Shown: positions 36,630 to 51,522 of the stretch, one piece after another | Layout of the letters: every line of letters begins with the position of its first letter | Numbering within the stretch: the first letter of the stretch is position 1 | Source: Octopus vulgaris | Lineage: Eukaryota | DNA: 64,000 nucleotides | Reading direction: 5' to 3' | Assembly: GCA_951406725.2 (NCBI GenBank) | Contig: OX597828.1 | Coordinates: 42,160,001-42,224,000 of the forward strand | Program-made: the position numbers and the translations under genes | Notes under the pieces: model-generated | What the model was told of the DNA's origin: nothing | The model's input: only the letters and a program-made list of their open reading frames with translations | Database searches by the model: none

Positions 36630-37200
36630 GTACCATGTTCATGTCTCTTTTATTTCGTAAGTATTATTAATCTTCCACTGAGGAGGGAACCGTTTTCCAA
36701 CAAAGAAACAAGGCTTCATCTTTGGGATGTAGTTAACATAGACAAATTCACATTTAGAAATTGAGAAAATTCTTGCATATTTTCATTGTTCCACTTACAG
36801 ATTGCACTTGTAATATACGAATTAGCCGGTCGATTTCGATTTCTGTTTCTGAAAATCCTAGTTTGTCCAGATTCTCCTTTAAGCATTTACTTACAAAACC
36901 TAGCGCTCCAATTATTATTGGTATAGGTATGAATTCATAGCCTGGATATAGAAGCTGGAGGTTTCGAAGCTGTTGTCCATAGATATCCTCCTATTCTTTG
37001 ATTTTCAAAGAGATATTTATATCTGCAGGGCAGCTAATCTCTATGATGGTACATACCTTTGCCCCTCTGTCCCAAACAACAATATCCAGCCTGTTATGCT
37101 TATATTTGAAAGAAATTCTGATGGGAATATTCCAAACTATTCCTAGAGTTGGTGTTTATGAATATATTCCATAACAGAGTGATTTTTCTATGTTTATTTC
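36630..37200 (-). pseudogene. 3' fragment of an R4/Dong/NeSL-type non-LTR retrotransposon (restriction-like endonuclease domain)
   Basis: WNIPIRISFKYKHNRLDIVVWDRGAKVCTIIEISCPADIN..K.*EDIY..L.NLQLLYPGYEFIPIPIIIGALG...NFLNF* (stop 36754-36756). Matches the RLE motif RPD..D/E..K..KY and IIIGALG. Confidence 0.85.
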
Positions 37201-37243
37201 ATGTATGTATGTACGTAGTACGTAAAATAATATAATAATAAAT

Positions 37244-37478
37244 GCGCCTAGCTAGGCTCATGGGCCCGGTTTCCCGGTTTCTATGGCGTATGTGTTCCCC
37301 AGCTGAACGGGACGCCAGTCCATTGCAGCGTTACTCATTTTTGCCAGCTGAGTGGACTGGAGCAACGTGAAATGAAGTGTTTTGCTCAAGAACACAACGC
37401 GTCGCTCGGTCCAGGAATCGAAACAACAATCTTATGATCAGGGTGCTGACACCCTAACCACAAGGCCACGCGCCTCCA
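37244..37478 (-). mobile_element. tRNA-derived SINE with a Nin/Deu-like domain (head B + tail Y)
   Basis: Minus strand GGAGGCGCGTGGCC..TTGAGCAAAACACTTCATTTCACGTTGCTCCAGTCCACTCAGCTG..AACGCTGCAATGGACTGGCGTCCCG..CCCATGAGCC. Confidence 0.85.
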
Positions 37479-37670
37479 CGTACGCGCGTGGCCTAGTGGT
37501 TGTATGTATGTATGTATGCATGTGCTCAGATACGCACGCTCCCAGACATACGTACCTTACTTAGAATGTTGAGTTAAAAATATTCCCTCACAAACTGTTT
37601 GAATCAAAAGTTTAGTAGCCAACCCGTGCATCGTGCTGTTTGTAATGTTATGTTGGGCCAACGTGCCTAC

Positions 37671-37953
37671 CAGTAGTTCTCAAAAGGGGGTTCATATGAC
37701 CCTTGGGTGCTGGGGGGATCCATCTAAAACTATATTCTTAATGTTTATGTACATTAAATCGGTTGTACTTCTACACGACACCAAATATGTTAACAATTTT
37801 TTAAAATTCAATTTCTAATAATACTTAAATATAAAAATGTATAATGATCATTTAATCATCAAATGGCTATGGAGGGGGGGGGTTCCAGTATAAGGAAACA
37901 GGATTCAAAGTGGGGGTCCATAGGCCCCCCAAAAAAGTGGTTGAGGAACACTA
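37671..37953. mobile_element. hAT-like MITE
   Basis: Imperfect TIRs CAGTAGTTCTCAA / TTGAGGAACACTA, subterminal GGGGTCCA motifs, and a partial 8-bp TSD (GTGCCTAC / GTGCACGC). Confidence 0.6.
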
Positions 37954-38569
37954 GTGCACGCGAACAGTTGTTAACTTACGTCTGTGTTTGTAGAAAACAC
38001 AGTGTGCGTGTGTGTATAAGTGTGTGTATATTCGCATGTGTGTGCGCGCGCAAGCGCGTAAATGTTTTAACCCTAGACGGCAAAAGAAAGGCTTTATAAC
38101 TTAAATGGTTAAATAATCCAATGGAGACACGCAGTGGGATGTGAACCACGTCACTGACAAGTACGGACAACAACCTCAGACATGTTTCGATATTATGAAG
38201 ACTTTTCAGTAAAACATACTCTAACAATTTATACTCCGTAAAACATAATCAAAACATTTTTTAAAAGAATTTTAAGGTTAATTTCGTCGTAACGTTAATG
38301 ATCTTTCATTTCATTGCAGGTTAAATTTTAATTGCTCAAAGCAAAATATTTTTACCTAGCTAAAGTAAATACATTAGTTGCACTTAGCTGTATGTTCTTA
38401 ACGCAGAGAGTACGAGTGAAGAATCTTCCTGTATGGCAGAGAAAGACAAATATTTGAAGTGAGCGAAGTGGAGTTTGAGTAGTTGTCAGTGAACAAACTT
38501 TATAGACATAAACGAATTACTTACCTAAGCATACACACAAATATGTACATACATACATACATACACACA

Positions 38570-38600
<31 letters not shown>

Positions 38601-38685
38601 GTACATACATACATGCAGACATAATACATATATGCATACATATATATATATACATACATGCATATATGCATACATACTTTATGTA

Positions 38686-38729
<44 letters not shown>

Positions 38730-38815
38730 TCTATATACATATATAGATACACACATACACATATAAATATATGCATATGTATATATTCATATATATACAT
38801 ACAAATATATATGTT

Positions 38816-38846
<31 letters not shown>

Positions 38847-39018
38847 ATATCTATATATATATATTTAGAGAGAGAGTGGGGGTTGATAGATAGATAAATA
38901 GGTAGATACATAGATAGGGAAGTAGAAAGATACATTCATGCAAATATTTATGTGTATATACACATACACACATATACACACATACACACACAATCTGTAT
39001 ATATATATGTCAGTTTTA

Positions 39019-39103
<85 letters not shown>

Positions 39104-39173
39104 TATGTATGTATGTATAATACATAGTTAGACAGACAGAAAGACGCAAACACACACACAAACATACACACAC

Positions 39174-39274
<101 letters not shown>

Positions 39275-39405
39275 CCTAGCTATATTGACACACATACACA
39301 AATATATACAAACACATACCAAAACACACGTACACATACATTTATATATATATATATATATATATATATCTTAAAAGTACATAACTAGACAGAAAGACGA
39401 AAACA

Positions 39406-39444
<39 letters not shown>

Positions 39445-40064
39445 ATATATATATCAAATAAAAATACACAGGTATATAGACAAAACTGATGTACACGTAT
39501 ACTCACAAACTGTATATAATGCAAAATTTCTCGCTAACCCTCAAGATCACAACTGACGTCTTCAAATGTGAACAAAATTATGAACCCGAGATAGGATAGT
39601 TTGACCTTACATCATCACATATTAATCTCCAAGATCGTATGTTCCTTTTATTCTAGATCAGACCGTCCGGTCAGCTGTGATCTTCGACCAACAGGAACTT
39701 TATCTCTGTTTTTAGCCTGTCAAGCTACGTAGCTTTACTCTTTCAATGGCGCACGCCTGACCTCACAAGTGTGTTTCTAGGATGACCCCAGCATAACCTT
39801 GTTGATATCGGAAATGTTATATATGTGTACGTGTGTATGTGTGTATATATATATAGATATGTGTATATGTGTGTGTGCAATTGTGTGTGTGTGTAATTGT
39901 GTGTGTGTGTGTGTGTATTTGTGCGTGATCTTTATAAGAACGTAGCTTGGTGCAAATTTATTTTTGGTGTCCTTTGTAGCGTTAAAAGGCGAAAGAATTC
40001 ATCTTTGTCAAATCGAAGCAGCTTCGTTTGTTTCTGTATTTTCAACTTCAACTCATATCTCCTG

Positions 40065-40123
<59 letters not shown>

Positions 40124-40182
40124 CTCTCACTCGCACTCTCCCTCACTTTCTCACCTCCTCTCTCTTCCTCAGAATATATATG

Positions 40183-40305
<123 letters not shown>

Positions 40306-40333
40306 ATGTATATGTATATATATATATATACAC

Positions 40334-40384
<51 letters not shown>

Positions 40385-40385
40385 T

Positions 40386-40426
<41 letters not shown>

Positions 40427-40461
40427 CAGATAGGTCTCTCTACTTGTTTATGTATCTTTTA

Positions 40462-40496
<35 letters not shown>

Positions 40497-40808
40497 TCAC
40501 CCTCTCTCTATATATATATACAAATCTATTTATCAATGCACTGACACACATGCACCTATATAAACGTGCGCGCACAGTCCGGTGTATGAACACACAGACA
40601 GACGTGTGTGTGTTTTGGTTTTCGCTCAGTTTATTTTACCATAGATCTCTCTGTGTCTCTGGTTGCTTGCCAACTCCATCAACAACTATTTCTACACCTT
40701 TATATTTAGACAGATATTTCTATATTTACTGATCAATAACAAAAAAAAAAACGCATACCTTTATGTGTGTATACATGCATAAATATGTACATGTGTGTGT
40801 ATAAATAC

Positions 40809-40839
<31 letters not shown>

Positions 40840-41126
40840 TGTATGTATGTATGTATGTATGTATGTATGTATGTATATTTATGTATTTCTATTATTAGCA
40901 TGGTATTCTTTGAGTGCGGTGTGGCCGTTTCTGTATCTTCTCAAAGGTAAAAATACCGTGTACGATGAAATAACAGCTGAAGCGAGATTTAGCAGGAATA
41001 AAAAAAAATAAATAAATAAATAAATGAATAAACAACATCATATCAGTAACGGGTGGAGGAGGTCGCTAATTAGATGCAACGATGCCACATGACAACCTTA
41101 CGAAGAGAAATAATAATAACAATAAT

Positions 41127-41198
<72 letters not shown>

Positions 41199-41206
41199 AT
41201 ATATAT

Positions 41207-41480
41207 AGGGAGAGTTCACGAAAAAAACAAATGACGAAGACAGGTGGTGTATAAAACAAACAGATGTATTAGTATAACGCTCAGGAATAGAAAAAGTCTT
41301 TTACGTTTCGAGCCTACGCTCTTCTGCAGAAAGGGACACAGAAAAAACAAGGAGAGAAAAAAATGTGCGTAGTGGCTACCGATCTGTCATGGCGACTGCC
41401 GGACAGAAGGGTCACACAGGAGAGCGAAGAAATAGGAGAGATAACAAAGTAAAGATGACCCCCCAAAACGAAGGTGCGTG
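41207..41480 (-). mobile_element. PLE-type repeat with a minimal hammerhead-like motif (41297-41334)
   Basis: Minus strand CTTT-CTGCAGA-A-GAGCGTAGGCTC-GAAACGTA-AAAG; paralog of 19488-19716. Confidence 0.65.
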
Positions 41481-42100
41481 TGTGTATAGTACAACAAAAT
41501 GTCGAAATATCGTTCTTTAGATAACAATGGCACTCTCCTTTTAATTTTGACTCTATATCTTCAGGAGGAGTAACCTCAATCCCTTATATATTAACCAAAA
41601 TGAAGTAGATTGACAAATTTATTTTTTGAATCAGTTGAAGACACACAAGATGTCGAAATATCGTTCACTAGATAACAACGGCACTCTTCTTTTAATTTTG
41701 ACTTTAATAATAATAATAATCGTTTCTACCCGAAGTACAAGGCTCGAAATTTTTAGAGAGGGGGCCTGTCGATTAGATTGACCCCACTACGCAAAAGCAG
41801 AAACAATGCAAATATAAATTTTAGTGCGTATGTGTCTCGCTTGTAATTTTTTTAGTGTGTTTATTGAGTACGTGTGACTGTATAGTGCGTGTATGTGTGT
41901 ATATGTGCGTGTACGTGTGTATATATGCGTGTGTATGTGTGTGTGCATGTGTGTATGTACATGTGCATGTGTGCGTGCGTATGTGCGTATGCGTGTGTAT
42001 GTGTGTGCATGCGCATGTGTGTGTGTGCGCGTGCTTGGTTACCTTTAATGTGTGGAGTTACTATTTCCGTAAACCGGTAGAAATATTACTATTATTATTA

Positions 42101-42310
42101 AGGCGGCGAGCTGGAAGAAACGTTACCACGCCGGGTGAAATACTTAGCGGTATTTCGTCTGCCGTTACATTCTGAGTTCAAATTCCGCCGAGGTCGACTT
42201 TGCCTTTCATCCTTTCGGGGTCGCGATATAATCGACTTAATCCCTTTGTCTGTCATTGTTTGTCCCCTCTATGTTTAGCCCCTTGTGGGCAAAAAAAAAA
42301 AAAGAAATAA
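42101..42310 (+). mobile_element. Meta-domain SINE
   Basis: AGGCGGCGAGCTGG..GAGTTCAAATTCCGCCGAGGTCGACTTTGCCTTTCATCCTTTCGGGGTCG. Confidence 0.85.
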
Positions 42311-42522
42311 GAAACATTATTATTTAATGAGCAAAGGTTTTCAATCGAGATCGACATAAGACTTTTTTGTCAAAATTTATGTGCAATAAATTGATTATTC
42401 TTCTACGAAACACAAAATATTCCAACAATATTTTTTATACAATTCCTTATAATATATAGGGTTTCGTTTGCAAGATTCTTTACGTGAATTCGTGTGTTGA
42501 AGCATATTTTATTGTGTCTGGG

Positions 42523-42672
42523 GAGAGTCAGTCTCTTTTAGTGCCTTATTAATACAACACACTCACCGGTCTGATTTCTACTCATTTACTTATTTATTTA
42601 AATAAGCAAATGAGTGGAAATCAGACCGGTGAGTGTGTTAAATTAATAAGGCACTAAAAGAGAATGACTCTC
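42523..42672. repeat. Foldback palindrome (~72-bp arms)
   Basis: GAGAGTCA..CACTCACCGGTCTGATTTC.. / ..GAAATCAGACCGGTGAGTG..TGACTCTC. Confidence 0.9.
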
Positions 42673-43200
42673 ACCTGTACTTATAATATGTAATTACGAA
42701 CAGGCAGTAAGCTTGCAGAATCGTAATCGCACCGGACAACAAAACTCGGCGACATTTCTTCTGATTTTGCGCTCTGAGTTCAAATACCGATAAAATAAGT
42801 GTCAGTTGTGTACTGGGGTCGATGTCATTAAGGTATCCACTCCTACCACGCGAAACTGTAGGCCTTGTGCTGAAATCATTATGCAACTTTTACTTGCTTC
42901 AGTCATTACATTGCAGGCGTGCTGGGTCACCACCTCAAAGGGGTTAGTCGAACAAATCAACTTCAGGAAGTTTTTTTCTTATTAAGCCTAGTATTTATGA
43001 TATTGGTCACTTTTTGGCGAACTATTAGGTACGGGGCCTTAAACACACTGATACCAGTTGTCAAACACCGAGGAAGGACAAACACACACACACACGTACA
43101 CGTGTGTCTGTTTGTGTAGTAATGTGTGTATGCGTGTATGTATGTGTGTTTGTGTACAAAGCATATAATTTTATAAATATAATTATAAATATAATTATAT

Positions 43201-43400
43201 GGCGGCGAGCTGGCAGAATCGTTAGCACGCTGGACGAAATGCTTCGTTGTATGTCGTCTGCCGCTACGTTCTGAGGTTGACTCTACCTTTCATCCTTTCG
43301 GGTTCGATAAATTAAGCACTAGTAGAACAATTAGGGTAGAAGTAATCGACTGGTCCTTTCCAACAAATTTCAGACTTTATGCTTTTAGTAGAAAGGATAA
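43201..43400 (+). mobile_element. Meta-domain SINE
   Basis: Family head and core. Confidence 0.8.
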
Positions 43401-43652
43401 TTAATAAATTTTATTATAAAGGCGGTTACGAGGTAATGCCACACGCTAGAAAAAGACGCCAAATGGCTCTAAACTACTTTATCTATCAGAGACACTCACT
43501 GAAAGCGAGGGAATGAGCAAACATGAGTGTTTGAAAAACTTTAGTCATATATCGATCAATTTCAGGCTTAGTGATGTAATACGCACTACCATCATCAGTA
43601 TGACATACATAATTATAAACAGTGGTTGTTTATATACATATATATATATGTA

Positions 43653-44070
43653 GGCGTAGGAGTGGCTGTGTGGTAAGTAGCTTGCTTACGAACCACATGG
43701 TTTCATGTTCAGTCCCACTGCGTGACACCTTGGGTAAGTGTCTTCTACTATAGCCTCGGGCCGACTAAAGCCTTGTGAGTGGATTTGGTAGACGGAAACT
43801 GAAAGAAGCCCGTCGTATATATATGTATATATATATGTATGCGTGTGTGTGTTTGTGCGTCTGTGTTTGTCCCCCTAGCATTGCTTGACAACCGATGCTG
43901 GTGTGTTTATGCCCCCGTTACTTAGCGGTTCGGCAAAAGAGACCGATAGAATAAGTACTGGGCTTACAAAAGAATAAGTCCTGGGGTCGAGTTGCTCGAT
44001 TAAAGGCGGTGCTCCAGCATGGCCGCAGTCAAATGACTGAAACAAGTAAAAGAGTAATAGAGTGAAAGAG

Positions 44071-44071
<1 letters not shown>
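43653..44071 (+). mobile_element. SINE family B, full length
   Basis: Family consensus. Confidence 0.9.
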
Positions 44072-44111
<40 letters not shown>

Positions 44112-44280
44112 GTTGTATTTAGAAATGGTCATATTGCCAGTTTAGCCAATAAAAACACACGCACTATATATTTGGTGTTAATTTGCTTCAGTTTTATTTA
44201 TTTTTTACATTAATCTTAATCTTATTTCAACACACGATTTCAAATCATGAATCTTGCAAAATGAGTATACATATATATTC

Positions 44281-44810
44281 CTTTTACTCTTTTACTAGTT
44301 TCAGTAATTTGATTGCGGCCATGCTGGAGTACCGCCTTTAGTCGAGCAAATCGACTCCAGGACTTATTCTTTGTAAGCCTAGTACTTATATATCGGTTGC
44401 TTTTGCCGAACCGCTAAATTAAGGAGACGTAAACACACCAGCATCGGTTGTCAAGCGATGTTCGGAGGACAAACACAGACACACAAACATATACACGCAC
44501 ATACATATATATACATGTATACGACGGGCTTCTTTCAGTTTCCGTCTACCAAATCCACTCACAAGGCTTTGGTCGGCCCGAGGCTATAGTATAAGACACT
44601 TGCCCAAGGTTCTACGCAGTGGGACTGAACCCAGAACCATGTGGTTGGTAAGCAAGCTACTTACCACACAGCCACTCAGTTTCCATCTACTAAATCCACT
44701 CAGAAGGCTTTGGTCGGCCCAAGGCTATAGTAGAAGACACTTGTCGAAGGAGCCAATGCAGTGGGGCTGAACCGGAATCCATGTGGTTGGGAAACTAACT
44801 CCTTATCACA
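44281..44810 (-). mobile_element. SINE family B (44281-44677) plus an extra 5'-half copy (44678-44810)
   Basis: Reverse complement of the family; inverted relative to 43653-44071. Confidence 0.85.
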
Positions 44811-45190
44811 AGGTCAGGCTGGATATTTCTTTTTAACATTGAATGAGATCCCAGTTGGGTAATACGGGAATCAAAGGCGTCCGCACACAATGAATGGTTG
44901 AGAGCCACTGCAACAGACCAAATAGAGACAGCATTATTGCGATTAAAAATCGACAATAAAGTAGACCTATAATCAAAGTGTTATTGGGGATAGAGCATGG
45001 CTGATATTTGTTCGGCGGGGCTTTTATATTTTCGAAATAAATTTGGTATTATTGAGAAAAGTGATAAGCTGCAATCTGGTGAAATATCCTGTAATCATAA
45101 GCAATCTCGTGCAATCTCTTGTCTCCACGTTGTGGTAATTGGTTAATGAGAACCCACGGCATATTTTAACAATGGCCTTTTGTTTGATGC

Positions 45191-45272
<82 letters not shown>

Positions 45273-45339
45273 GCCTATCTATATCACCTATCTATCTACC
45301 TATATATCTACCTACCTATCTATCTACCTATGTACCAAC

Positions 45340-45391
<52 letters not shown>

Positions 45392-45438
45392 ATATATATA
45401 TATATATATATATGTATCTATCTAACTATCTATCTATG

Positions 45439-45469
<31 letters not shown>

Positions 45470-45931
45470 CTATTTATTTATCTTTATATCTATCTAATTA
45501 TTTACCTTACAGTGCAAAGCACCTACATACATACATACATACATACATACATACATACATACATACATACATACATACATACATACATACATACATACAT
45601 ACGTACAAGCGTTGCAATCTATATATTCATTATTCATTTTTCAGTGATAAGCAATTGTGAAGAGAGAAAGATGTACACACACACACGAAACACACGCAGA
45701 CACACACGCACACATATCTATGTACACTCCTTGTTGTGATACATTATTCAACGTTTCTATGCATTGCCTGGCCTGCAGTGTGAGTGCGGGTCGAAGGTTG
45801 CCGCTTAGAGACTCACGTTGAAGCAGATAGACAAGTAAATATTGTATATACGACAGTTTAATGAAACAGTGAAACTTGCGCTTGTCAAGGCTCTAACTAA
45901 ACTTCATATGTCATTCGGCAAAACACACACA

Positions 45932-45968
<37 letters not shown>

Positions 45969-46070
45969 CACATAGAGGCACACACAGACATACACACGTA
46001 CAAACTTACACACCATCTTTGGATAGACCTCGGCGTGTAAAGTATTTGGCTGTATGTTTATTTCTAAATC

Positions 46071-46102
<32 letters not shown>

Positions 46103-46249
46103 CCCTCTCTCTCTCTCTTGCGCTCCCTGCCACTCTCTCCTCCTCATGCTCTCTCTCACGTTCCATATGTGCGTGCGTATGTGTGTACGTCAGGTGTTTA
46201 GGTGCTGTATATATTGGAACATACATACATACATACATACATACATACA

Positions 46250-46333
<84 letters not shown>

Positions 46334-46560
46334 AATAAAAATTATATATAAAGAAACAAGAACGTGAAATACACAAAGGGACGAACACAGAAAACAGACG
46401 TACGTATATATATATATATATATATATGTACGTACACACATTCATACACACCTATTTCTTGTGTTTGTGTGCGTGTGGTATGTGTGTGTGTATGTATTTA
46501 TATACGCATGCAAAGTTGTATCTATATGCGCGTATGCAAATGTATATATTTATGTATATG

Positions 46561-46609
<49 letters not shown>

Positions 46610-47099
46610 GAATTCTTATAAATGTGAGTATGAATATATATATATATACATACACACTTACATATACGCACTCACACACACTCATATATATATATATATA
46701 GGTACGTATACATGTGTGTGTATGTATGTATGTATATTTGTAAGCATACATAATTTAGAAAAGACCACTTTTTTTTCTTTTTTACGAGTAATGAATATTT
46801 AAATTCATATATTTACCTTTCACCTTTGTCAGCAGATAATAAAGTAGTCTAAATGGTTTTTATACGCGCTGCCATCGGGACAGAAAATCTGACTTCAATC
46901 AGTACAATCTACGGTAGATGAATATCTATATATAAAATGAAAATTCAGTGAAAATACTTTAAATATTCTGATTCAAACATTAATAACGAAATTCAGAAGT
47001 GTGATACAGTAATGAATATTTAGCAGATATAACGAAAATATTTCTATGGTGCAAGAGCTTAAGCAAAGCGCTCAGCGAAATAACAGAAAATTAGGTTTC

Positions 47100-47448
47100 A
47101 GAGTGGAGCTATATCTTTTCACTCCTTATATATAATCGAGGAATATCGTTACGAGAGCATATTGGAAAAGAGAAAATTCGAGAAAGGAGCGGAATGAACG
47201 ATGTGAACGCAGAATACTGGGCTGGAAATTTCACAGACAAATGGTGGACTTGTGCAGTTTCCGAGTGGTATCCGAGTGATGGGAAAAATCCACTTGGAAG
47301 ACCTCCACGATGATGGGAAGAGGATTTTGTCAAGCAATTTGGGTCAACCTGGATAAGAACGGCGCAGTTAAGAGGGAACTGGAAGCGCATTATGACCAGC
47401 GATGTATAACGGCATCTGATGGTCTGATCGATACAGTGATTCAGTGAC
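47100..47448 (+). mobile_element. 3' end of an RTE-clade LINE
   Basis: WAG..TDKWWTCAVSEWYPSDGKNPLGRPPR*WEEDFVKQFGSTWIRTAQLRGNWK, then a short GATACAGT-like repeat tail. Confidence 0.75.
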
Positions 47449-47886
47449 ATATAATTTCTTACTTGTTTCAGTCAATGGGTTGCGGCTATGCTGGAGCACT
47501 GCCTTATAGACCTCTTTCTGCCGAAATGCTAAATTAAAGAAACAGCAACAGGGTTTAGATATAATGACTAGTGTAAAATAACTTCAGTTGTTAGATTGCG
47601 GCCACGCTGGAGCACCGCCTTGAAGAACTTGTTTTTCGTCGAATTAAGGTTTCCCCCCACCCCCCACCCGGTACTTATTTTTGTTACGCCCGGTACTTAT
47701 TTTTGTTACGCCCGGTACTTATCCTATCGGTCTCCTTTGCCGAACCGCTCCGTTACGAGAACCTAAACACACCAACACCAAGTATCAAGCGGCTTTGGGG
47801 GACAACAACACACACACACACAAACACATGCACATACATACACACACACACGTATGTATATATATATATAGAGAGAGATATGCAAC

Positions 47887-47919
<33 letters not shown>

Positions 47920-48022
47920 TATATATATACATATATATATACATACACATATATGTATACATACATATATATATATATATATACATATATATACATATAT
48001 ATATATATACATACATATATAT

Positions 48023-48120
<98 letters not shown>

Positions 48121-48121
48121 A

Positions 48122-48506
48122 CAGGATGTCCCAAAAGTAACTGATGGTTCCAGTACCCCAGATTTTTTCTTGTGGGTATACATGAAAGAGAGGGTTTATG
48201 TCAACAAACCGGAGACCCTGTTGCAACTGAAGTAGAACATCAGTAAAGCAATCAGAGAAGTTGTGTCTGAAACTCTTGAGAGTGTTATAGTGCAATCTTT
48301 AGAAAGAACATGGACGTGCGACGCCGGAAATGGCTGCCATTTAAACGATGTCGTTTTTCATATGTGATTTAGTTGTGTTGCAAACTTTGACTTGTGCATA
48401 TTAATTTCCATTATGTCCTTCATATTGTATCAAAACTTCATGCATTTCTTTGTAAGGTTAAGGAAGTTATTGAACATTGAAACTCATCAGTAACTCTTGG
48501 GACACC

Positions 48507-48509
<3 letters not shown>
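48122..48509 (+). mobile_element. Tc1/mariner-derived non-autonomous element
   Basis: Imperfect TIRs CAGGATGTCCCAAAAGTAACTGATG / CATCAGTAACTCTTGGGACACCCT; remnant [23 protein letters not shown]. Confidence 0.8.
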
Positions 48510-48577
<68 letters not shown>

Positions 48578-48780
48578 TGTGTACATATATATATATATGT
48601 ATAAGAGAGAGACCAAAGTGTACGTACGCCGCTATATATATATATATATATATGGCACGTAATACCACCCATTGCACTCCCGAGGTTATTGGCGTTAGGG
48701 AGGGAATCCAGCCGGAGAAGACCTACGCCAATGAAACCGGGAAACCGGCCCATGAGCCAGGTATTGCTTGAGAAAGAACA

Positions 48781-48830
<50 letters not shown>

Positions 48831-48971
48831 TTTATTTTAAGCAGCAGAAAATTCAACAAAATCTGTTACTCTGAGTTTCTCGTTGCCGTTCATCAGACAG
48901 TTTTTGCTAGAATACCACTGGTATTTGAGTACTCTTTTTTCCACCTTGTTTCACATTTATGTGTTTACTCC

Positions 48972-49077
<106 letters not shown>

Positions 49078-49324
49078 TGTATGTATAATCTTGAAATAAA
49101 AAACCTACAAGTCTTGTAAATACAGCTACCCACGGTTTCCTGACTGAAATGATGTATTCCGCCTTTTATCAAGCTGAAAACAAGATCGTTTGTCTGTTGT
49201 CTTTTGAGCAGATAAAGTTTAAACAAGAGACGTTTATAAAGAAGACAAAAAGAAAAGCACAAGGGAGATAACCAACGATCGCTTGCTTTCCTACTTTTTG
49301 AAGTTTTACTACATATGTTCTTTT

Positions 49325-49549
49325 GTTTCAGTTATTTGACTCCGGCCACGCTGGAGCAGCGACCTGAAGGGTTTTAATCGGACAAAACCGACCCCCAGGA
49401 CTTATTTTTTGTAAGCCTAGTACTTGTTCTATAGGTCTCTTTGGGTGAAGCGCTAGGTTATGGGGACGTAAAAACAGCGGTTGCCAAGCAGTGATGGTGG
49501 GGAGACAAAGACACACACGCATAAACACACACACGCATAAACACACACA

Positions 49550-49587
<38 letters not shown>

Positions 49588-49619
49588 CACGTGCATTTAT
49601 ATATATATATATATATACA

Positions 49620-49687
<68 letters not shown>

Positions 49688-50034
49688 ATTTACAAAATAA
49701 GGGCAAAAGAAAAATTCTAATGCCAAATATGCCGAAAAAAAGACAAAAATGTCAATAACCATTATAATTTATGCGTCACGAAACAAACCGATAGAAATTT
49801 CTAAAAAATCCGTTATTACCGAATTGGTCCCAATTTCGGGGGTTAATTCATAAGAATTTTCCCCTCTTCAGCGATAAATACGTGAGATATAAGTGAAATA
49901 CTCACTCATACCCATGGAAAAAGCAAGCACTAAGTCCTTTGTAAATTATTTATAAATTTAACCTTTAAAGGTATTTTTTGATATGCTGGCCATTGATAAA
50001 ATTTTTTCCCGAAAAAAATTTTATCCTACATTAG

Positions 50035-50077
<43 letters not shown>

Positions 50078-50235
50078 CGAAGAGCTTCTTTTAGTTTCGT
50101 CTACGAAATCCAGACACTAGGCTTTAATGGGCCTGAGGCTATAGTAGAAGACACTTTCCTTAGGTGCTACTCAGTGGGGTTGAACCCGGAACCATGTGCT
50201 TGGAAAGCAAGCTTCTTACTATACAACCACACCTG
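49325..50235 (-). mobile_element. SINE family B split by a PLE-type insertion (49686-50035) into its internal (TA)n
   Basis: 3' half at 49325-49520 and 5' half at 50075-50235, with a TA-flanked insert between them. Confidence 0.7.
49816..49877 (-). ncRNA. Type I hammerhead ribozyme with an intact catalytic core
   Basis: UUAUCG-CUGAAGA-GGGG(aa AAUUC uuau GAAUU aac)CCCC-GAAA-UUGG ga CCAA-UU|CGGUAA; all three stems and all core nucleotides are present. Confidence 0.85.
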
Positions 50236-50952
50236 AATATATATACATATATACATACATATATGTGTATGTGTGTGAAAGATATTAACACTGAATAATC
50301 TCATTTGATCTAAAATTTCCTATTCACGGTGCGCGTATGTGAGACTACATATATACATGCACATACACACACACACATATGTATGTGGGTAGGTAGGTAT
50401 GTGTGTGTGTGTGTATGTGTGTGTGTGCGTGCGTACATTTGTGTATGTTTGTATTTCTGTTTATAGCTCAGTATGCCTTTTCGTTAGTTTGTGTATGTAT
50501 CAGTATGTTATATGCTTGGATGTGTATAAGCATATTTGTATAAATGAACATATACATATATACGTATATGTATAAATATGTGTGTGTGTGCGTGTGCATG
50601 TATGTGTGTGTGTGTGTGTGTGTTTGTGTGTGTCACCAATGAGGTGGAGAAAGAAACTGAAAATTTACATAGACAACCCTTTAACACCACATGACCTGTC
50701 AAGTTTTGAACAAAATTATGACACAGCATGACCTCTGACCCGATATTAACTTCAACTTCTCTCTCCCTACCTTCCTCCCTCCCTACTTTCCCAACCACGT
50801 GATGGACGACATTTTCTCCTTTCACTGAAGTTTTCACTAAATCTCTATAATGGAGTCCATTGCTTTCCGCTTTTTACTCTTTTCTTTACAATTACTTTCT
50901 TCTTCCGTTTCAGCAGCTAGCTTTTACTTTCCCTCTCTTCTTCATTCGTTCT

Positions 50953-51038
<86 letters not shown>

Positions 51039-51063
51039 TATAAACATACATACATACACGTAC

Positions 51064-51094
<31 letters not shown>

Positions 51095-51204
51095 TATACA
51101 TTGCCTTATTTATGTGTCTATCTATCTACCTAACTGTCTATCTATCAATACACATAATATATATTTAAAATTATTTCACTTGATTCAGTTTCCATGTTTA
51201 TTTA

Positions 51205-51272
<68 letters not shown>

Positions 51273-51275
51273 CTG

Positions 51276-51356
<81 letters not shown>

Positions 51357-51369
51357 ATATATATATATA

Positions 51370-51418
<49 letters not shown>

Positions 51419-51477
51419 CTCTCTATCTATCTATCTATCTATCTACCTATCTATCAATCTTTCAATTTATCTTGCTA

Positions 51478-51522
<45 letters not shown>

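Noticed and set aside
41497-41705. ~60-bp direct repeat pair
   Set aside because: Looks like an ordinary local duplication; no LTR termini or TSD.
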